Part shown: piece by piece, positions 53,551 to 57,432 of the stretch
Position numbering within the stretch: position 1 is the first letter of the stretch
Layout: each line of letters opens with the position of its first letter
Virus record (IMG/VR): IMGVR_UViG_3300036794_000037
Location: 1 to 57,432 of that record
Strand: one strand, 5' to 3'
Origin: a virus
Lineage: Duplodnaviria > Caudoviricetes
DNA length: 57,432 bases
The notes under the pieces: generated by a model
The model's database searches: none
The model's input: only the letters and a program-made list of their open reading frames with translations
Told to the model about the DNA's origin: nothing
Made by a program: the position numbers and the translations under genes

Positions 53551-53606
53551 GGTTCCTCCTACGGGTAGGGGCGGGGGAGATTCCCCCGCCCCGGTCCTGC
53601 TGGTGA

Positions 53607-54146
53607 TCAGAAGTTGTAGTCGTAGAACTCGTGGCGACCGTGGCCGATCCTGGAGCCGCCGGGGGTGGTCCAGCCGCGCTTGGTGTAGCGGGCGGTGAAG
53701 GTCGCGCCCTCGGGGTCGGCCTCGTAGGTGTAGCTCTGCTCGTGCTGGTTGACCGTGTGCCCGACGAAGCCGCCGAGGATGGTCTCCGGCTTGAAGTCGG
53801 GGCTCAGGGTGGCGGTGTCGCGCTGGATGGTGATGGTCTTGCCGCTCGGGGAGACCTTGATGACCGTGTAGGCGTGGGAGTCGGTGTACAGCCGCTCGGT
53901 CGCGCCCTCGCCGACCGCGAAGGACTCGTCCCGCTGGAGGTGATCGCGCTCGGGGCGGGTGATCGCCAGGCCGTCCTCGAACCGGATGTTCCGGTAGAAG
54001 TTCTGCTCGGCCTTGTCGAAGGAGATCTCGTTCTCGCGGACGATCCGGCGCTGGCCCTCGAAGATGACCGGGGTTCCGGCTCGCAGGTCGCGGGCCTCGA
54101 CGGAGCGGGTGATGTCGGTGGCGCGGGCGGCGGTCTTGGTGCTCAT
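53607..54146 (-). CDS. Hypothetical probable early protein
   Basis: Extreme GC3; class I promoter at 54172-54214. Confidence 0.75.
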   Translation of the reverse strand: MSTKTAARATDITRSVEARDLRAGTPVIFEGQRRIVRENEISFDKAEQNFYRNIRFEDGLAITRPERDHLQRDESFAVGEGATERLYTDSHAYTVIKVSPSGKTITIQRDTATLSPDFKPETILGGFVGHTVNQHEQSYTYEADPEGATFTARYTKRGWTTPGGSRIGHGRHEFYDYNF

Positions 54147-54171
54147 CTTGGGTTCCTCCCCTTGTTCTTCT

Positions 54172-54214
54172 TCCTTACAAGTATGAGTTTACACGAGGTG
54201 CGCGCCTCCCGCAA
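54172..54214 (-). promoter_or_regulatory. Class I promoter (TTGCGG-N17-TAAACT)
   Basis: CCTTACAAGTATGAGTTTACACGAG is identical to the copy at about 20679. Confidence 0.8.
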
Positions 54215-54219
54215 CCCCC

Positions 54220-54486
54220 TCAGAGAAGAATGTCTACGGTGTAGTGCTCGTCCCCGTACTCGTCCCGCCAGGACTGGCGGTCAGTGCTGACGGACAGGAC
54301 GGTGCGGACGTCCCATCCGACATAGCCGGGGACCTTGACCTGGTTCCCGATGTATGCCGCCCGCTTCTGGTGCTTGTCCGGGCGGTACGTGCCCTCCAGC
54401 GAGAGGGTGCGCTCGAAGGTCTCGTCCTCGGGACGGACCTCGGTGAGGGTGCCGTTGACGTAGATCTGGATGTTCCGGGGGTCCAT
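54220..54486 (-). CDS. Hypothetical protein
   Basis: MDPRNIQIYVNG... Confidence 0.6.
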   Translation of the reverse strand: MDPRNIQIYVNGTLTEVRPEDETFERTLSLEGTYRPDKHQKRAAYIGNQVKVPGYVGWDVRTVLSVSTDRQSWRDEYGDEHYTVDILL

Positions 54487-54494
54487 GGTTCGCC

Positions 54495-54641
54495 CTACTT
54501 TCCGGAGAGGTGCTCGGAGCGGCCGGTCTCGTGAACGATGATCGTTCCGCCAGGACCCGCCTCGGTCCACCAGGTGATCTCGTCGTCCGCGTGGCTGCGG
54601 GTCCAGCGCGACTGGTCTGCCTTGCTGTTGAACTCGGTCAT
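54495..54641 (-). CDS. Small hypothetical protein
   Basis: GAGGAGG SD after the class I promoter. Confidence 0.5.
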   Translation of the reverse strand: MTEFNSKADQSRWTRSHADDEITWWTEAGPGGTIIVHETGRSEHLSGK

Positions 54642-54665
54642 CTCAGGTCCCTCCTCGGCCTTGCT

Positions 54666-54708
54666 GCCTTACAAGACTGAGTTTACACGAGATGCGCACC
54701 GGGGTCAA
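54666..54708 (-). promoter_or_regulatory. Class I promoter (TTGACC-N17-TAAACT)
   Basis: Repeated motif. Confidence 0.8.
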
Positions 54709-54711
54709 CTC

Positions 54712-55818
54712 CTACTGGGAGGGCGGAGAAAAATATTCTGGGTCGGCCGCGCTGATCGACAGCGGGGTCTGCCTAGTCATGATGTCGTTGACGACTACCT
54801 GGCCAGGTTTCCAGTTCTCATACCAGTAAGACCTGCTCAGGCCGGGTGTTCCGTCCCACCCGTAGTCGGGGTTGCCGAAGCTTCCGTCGAAGTAGCTCCC
54901 GACGATCTCCCCCGATTCGATCAGGGTCTCGGAGAGCTGTACCGTCAGCGGGAAGGTGACGTCGCTGTTATAGATCGGCTGGACATAGAGCTGCACCGTG
55001 GACGCCGGGGCGGTGAAGGTCAGCTGGGGCTGGTAGGTTCCGGCCGCGAGGTCGAGCCCGGTCGCTCCGGGGATACCGCCGACCTGGGTGCCGACGACGA
55101 GCGCGACGTCCTGAATCCCGGCCGCCGTGAAGGCGGCCTCCAGGCTGGCCGTGAACTGGTCGCCGAGGATGAGGTCCGGCACGTTGAGGTAGACCGAGTC
55201 GGCAGGGCTGTGGAGGGTCACCAGACCGGTCGCGGAGATGGTCGCGGAGCCTACGGTCGTCCATCCCGCTGCGGATATCTGGAAGTTCGGGTTCGGCGCG
55301 TAGTTCAGGCGGTTCGGCTTGATGATGGCCGTGACCGTCCGGGGGAGCTGGTAGGGGCTCGGGGTGGGCGCGTCGTCTAGTCCGTCGGCTGAGCTGAGCG
55401 GCATGACCTCTGCCTGCACGCCGGTCAGGTTCTGCTGTCCGCTCGCAGGGACGTTCGCGAACTGGAAGCCGACCGCCATGTAGGCAGCACGCGGCCACAG
55501 GCGCACCCCCCCGCTGACGTGATAGTCACGCGGGGGGTAGAAGATGCCCCACGGCCTGGAGTACCCGGTGCTGGCACTCTGGAGCCCGGCAGTGGACCAG
55601 CCCGCATAGGTCTGAGCCGGATCGGGGTCGCCTGCCTGCCACATCGCGAAGTCGGACAGCGCGGCTGACGGGGTGACCTGCTCGGCCAGGCCAATCGATC
55701 CGGTGACATCCGTTACGCCCGGAGAAAGGTAGACCTGGAAATCTTCCCCGGGGGAGACGACCTGGGTAATGTGCCCCTCTGTGAGCGTCCCGCCGATCAG
55801 AACAATCTGCTGCGTCAC
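54712..55818 (-). CDS. Baseplate/minor tail protein
   Basis: KPNRLNYAPNPNF carbohydrate-binding-like start; SYFDGS...W.GTPGLSRSYWY. Confidence 0.65.
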   Translation of the reverse strand: MTQQIVLIGGTLTEGHITQVVSPGEDFQVYLSPGVTDVTGSIGLAEQVTPSAALSDFAMWQAGDPDPAQTYAGWSTAGLQSASTGYSRPWGIFYPPRDYHVSGGVRLWPRAAYMAVGFQFANVPASGQQNLTGVQAEVMPLSSADGLDDAPTPSPYQLPRTVTAIIKPNRLNYAPNPNFQISAAGWTTVGSATISATGLVTLHSPADSVYLNVPDLILGDQFTASLEAAFTAAGIQDVALVVGTQVGGIPGATGLDLAAGTYQPQLTFTAPASTVQLYVQPIYNSDVTFPLTVQLSETLIESGEIVGSYFDGSFGNPDYGWDGTPGLSRSYWYENWKPGQVVVNDIMTRQTPLSISAADPEYFSPPSQ

Positions 55819-57432
55819 TATGCCACCGTCCGGTCATTCATCATTAATCCATGGCTGGTGGCTGCGGAGTTCACGCTGCTTGTCGCGCTCGCTACCTGCA
55901 CGCCGTTGCGCAGCACGGTGATGGAGCTGCCGCTCAGGGTGACGGTCATCCGGTCACCGTCGGAGAACGGGGTCGAGTGGGTGGCGACGTCGGTCCAGGT
56001 CGATCCCGAGACGTACCGCAGCCCGGTTCGATCGCAGCGCCAGTACGAGGTGTCGCTGCTCCAGCGGAAGACCAGGCCCTGGGCCTCGTTGCCAGCCGCC
56101 ACGGCGGTCGAGTCCGGGGAGGACCGGAATGTCACGCCGAGGCTGGTGTTCGCCTGCCCCGTCACCAGGGCATAGCTTCGTGTGCCTGCCGTCTGCGGGT
56201 AGGCCATGCCAGACGCGGTCGTCAGCGTGCCCCCGTGGGAGGCCCAGTTATAGTTCCCGTCGTCCGTCCGCCTCCCCGCGATCGTGGAGGAATACTGCGT
56301 GGCTCCCCCAGTGGCGGTGTAGGGCACCGGAGCGGTGAGGGTCAGCCCGGTCGGGACGACCTTCCCCATCACCTGCGTGAAGCTGTGGGAGAACCCTGCC
56401 CCGGACCCGGTGAGGCTGACGTACACGCTGGCCCAGTTCGCGCCCTCCGGCGGGGTGCCGCTGACCGTAGCGGTCGTGGTGCCGTTCGCTGATGCCTGTC
56501 CGATCAGCGTGGTGCCGTTGTACCAGGAGACCTGCGCGGTGATCTGGGCGGCCCCGGTCGTGAACTGGATCAGCCCGGACCATGCACCGTTCCCCCCGCT
56601 GCTCTCGGCCATCACGCGCCAGCCGTAGAGCGTGCCGGGCGTCAGCCCGGTGAGCTTCATGCCAGCCGACCCGGTCGTGCCACCGCCCGTCTGATCAATC
56701 ACCTTCGCCCCGCTCAGGGAGTCGCCCTGGTAGACCTGGACGCGGTATGAGGTCGCTCCGGATACGCCGGTGAAGTTGATCTGCGCAGAGGTGTTAGAGA
56801 TGTTGGTGGTCTTGGCGTTGGACGGGATGCCCAGAGTTACTTCCGGGGCCACCGCTGCCGCTTTCTTCGCCCTGGACTTCCTGGGCTTCGGGGCCACGGC
56901 GGACACCGCACCAGCCACGCCTGCCGTGCCTGCGGATGCCTGGTAGGTATAGCTGTAGTTCGCTACCACCGGGAAGAGCGGGCTGGTCCAGCTCGCAGGG
57001 ATGGACGTCGGGTTGAATACCCCCGGGATGAGGTTGGCCGTCGTCGCCCCCGATCCTTCGGCCGGGACGTAGTAGTCCACCTCTACAGACGCCGAGGTGC
57101 CTGCGGTCAGGGTGACCGTCCCGGTCTGGGCGGTGGTTGACTGGGCGGCCCAGTTGTCGATGACCGTCCGGCCGTTGACCAGGGCGCGGAACCCTCCCCC
57201 GGGAGACTGGAGAGTGAACCGGTAGGTTCCGCCGACGGTGGGCGTGAACTTCGTCGTCCACTTCGCGGACCAGGACGTGTTGCCCACCGACTGCGCGGGC
57301 TGCGTACCTGCCCAGGTGAAGCTCACGGCGGAGTCCGCCCGCGTGTACGCGCTCGGACCGGTCATCGTGGCGTTCGCCCAGAACGTGGCCTGCCACGGAC
57401 CCACGGCAGCCGTGCCGCTCAGCCCTACCATG
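55818..57432 (-). CDS. Tail/baseplate protein with PA14 and FN3 domains (5' end truncated)
   Basis: PA14: VSFTW..WSAKW...GTYRF...VNGRTVIDNW; FN3: GLTPGTLYGWRVMA...GAWS. Confidence 0.75.
   Translation of the reverse strand, partial: MVGLSGTAAVGPWQATFWANATMTGPSAYTRADSAVSFTWAGTQPAQSVGNTSWSAKWTTKFTPTVGGTYRFTLQSPGGGFRALVNGRTVIDNWAAQSTTAQTGTVTLTAGTSASVEVDYYVPAEGSGATTANLIPGVFNPTSIPASWTSPLFPVVANYSYTYQASAGTAGVAGAVSAVAPKPRKSRAKKAAAVAPEVTLGIPSNAKTTNISNTSAQINFTGVSGATSYRVQVYQGDSLSGAKVIDQTGGGTTGSAGMKLTGLTPGTLYGWRVMAESSGGNGAWSGLIQFTTGAAQITAQVSWYNGTTLIGQASANGTTTATVSGTPPEGANWASVYVSLTGSGAGFSHSFTQVMGKVVPTGLTLTAPVPYTATGGATQYSSTIAGRRTDDGNYNWASHGGTLTTASGMAYPQTAGTRSYALVTGQANTSLGVTFRSSPDSTAVAAGNEAQGLVFRWSSDTSYWRCDRTGLRYVSGSTWTDVATHSTPFSDGDRMTVTLSGSSITVLRNGVQVASATSSVNSAATSHGLMMNDRTVA

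Noticed and set aside
5710-55380. Long plus-strand ORFs such as 5710..6729, 19507..20754, 37677..39155, 39339..40376 and 54538..55380
   Set aside because: Antisense shadows of high-GC3 minus-strand genes; no motifs or SD

Overview
A 57-kb GC-rich segment of a large actinobacteriophage genome, probably a temperate myovirus. Almost all genes are on the minus strand. It carries a replication/recombination module (DnaB-like helicase, primase, SNF2 helicase, PolA, SSB, RecA, Holliday-junction resolvase, Cas4-like exonuclease, RNA ligase, dCMP deaminase, dATP/dGTP diphosphohydrolase), two WhiB proteins, a sigma factor, an endolysin, tail/baseplate genes, a block of probable virion genes, a Pup homologue, four tRNAs (Leu-UAA, Trp, Met, Asn) and an int/xis/GntR/DUF2637 module. 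Three repeated cis-element families are visible: 11 class I promoters (TTGNNN-N17-TAAA(C/G)T with a CGTG-N5-CGTG spacer), 13 class II promoters (TTCTGAC(A/G)-N17/18-TAGNNT-like, often leaderless) and 5 copies of a co-varying hairpin. The main observation concerns the rare Leu codon TTA. It is absent from the class I (probably early) genes and the integrase that I scanned, but occurs in about 40 replication, lysis, structural and excisionase genes, often within the first 25 codons, and the phage encodes its own tRNA-Leu(UAA). This suggests a bldA-like translational gate on the lytic programme. All calls come from reading the sequence by eye; no database searches were run.
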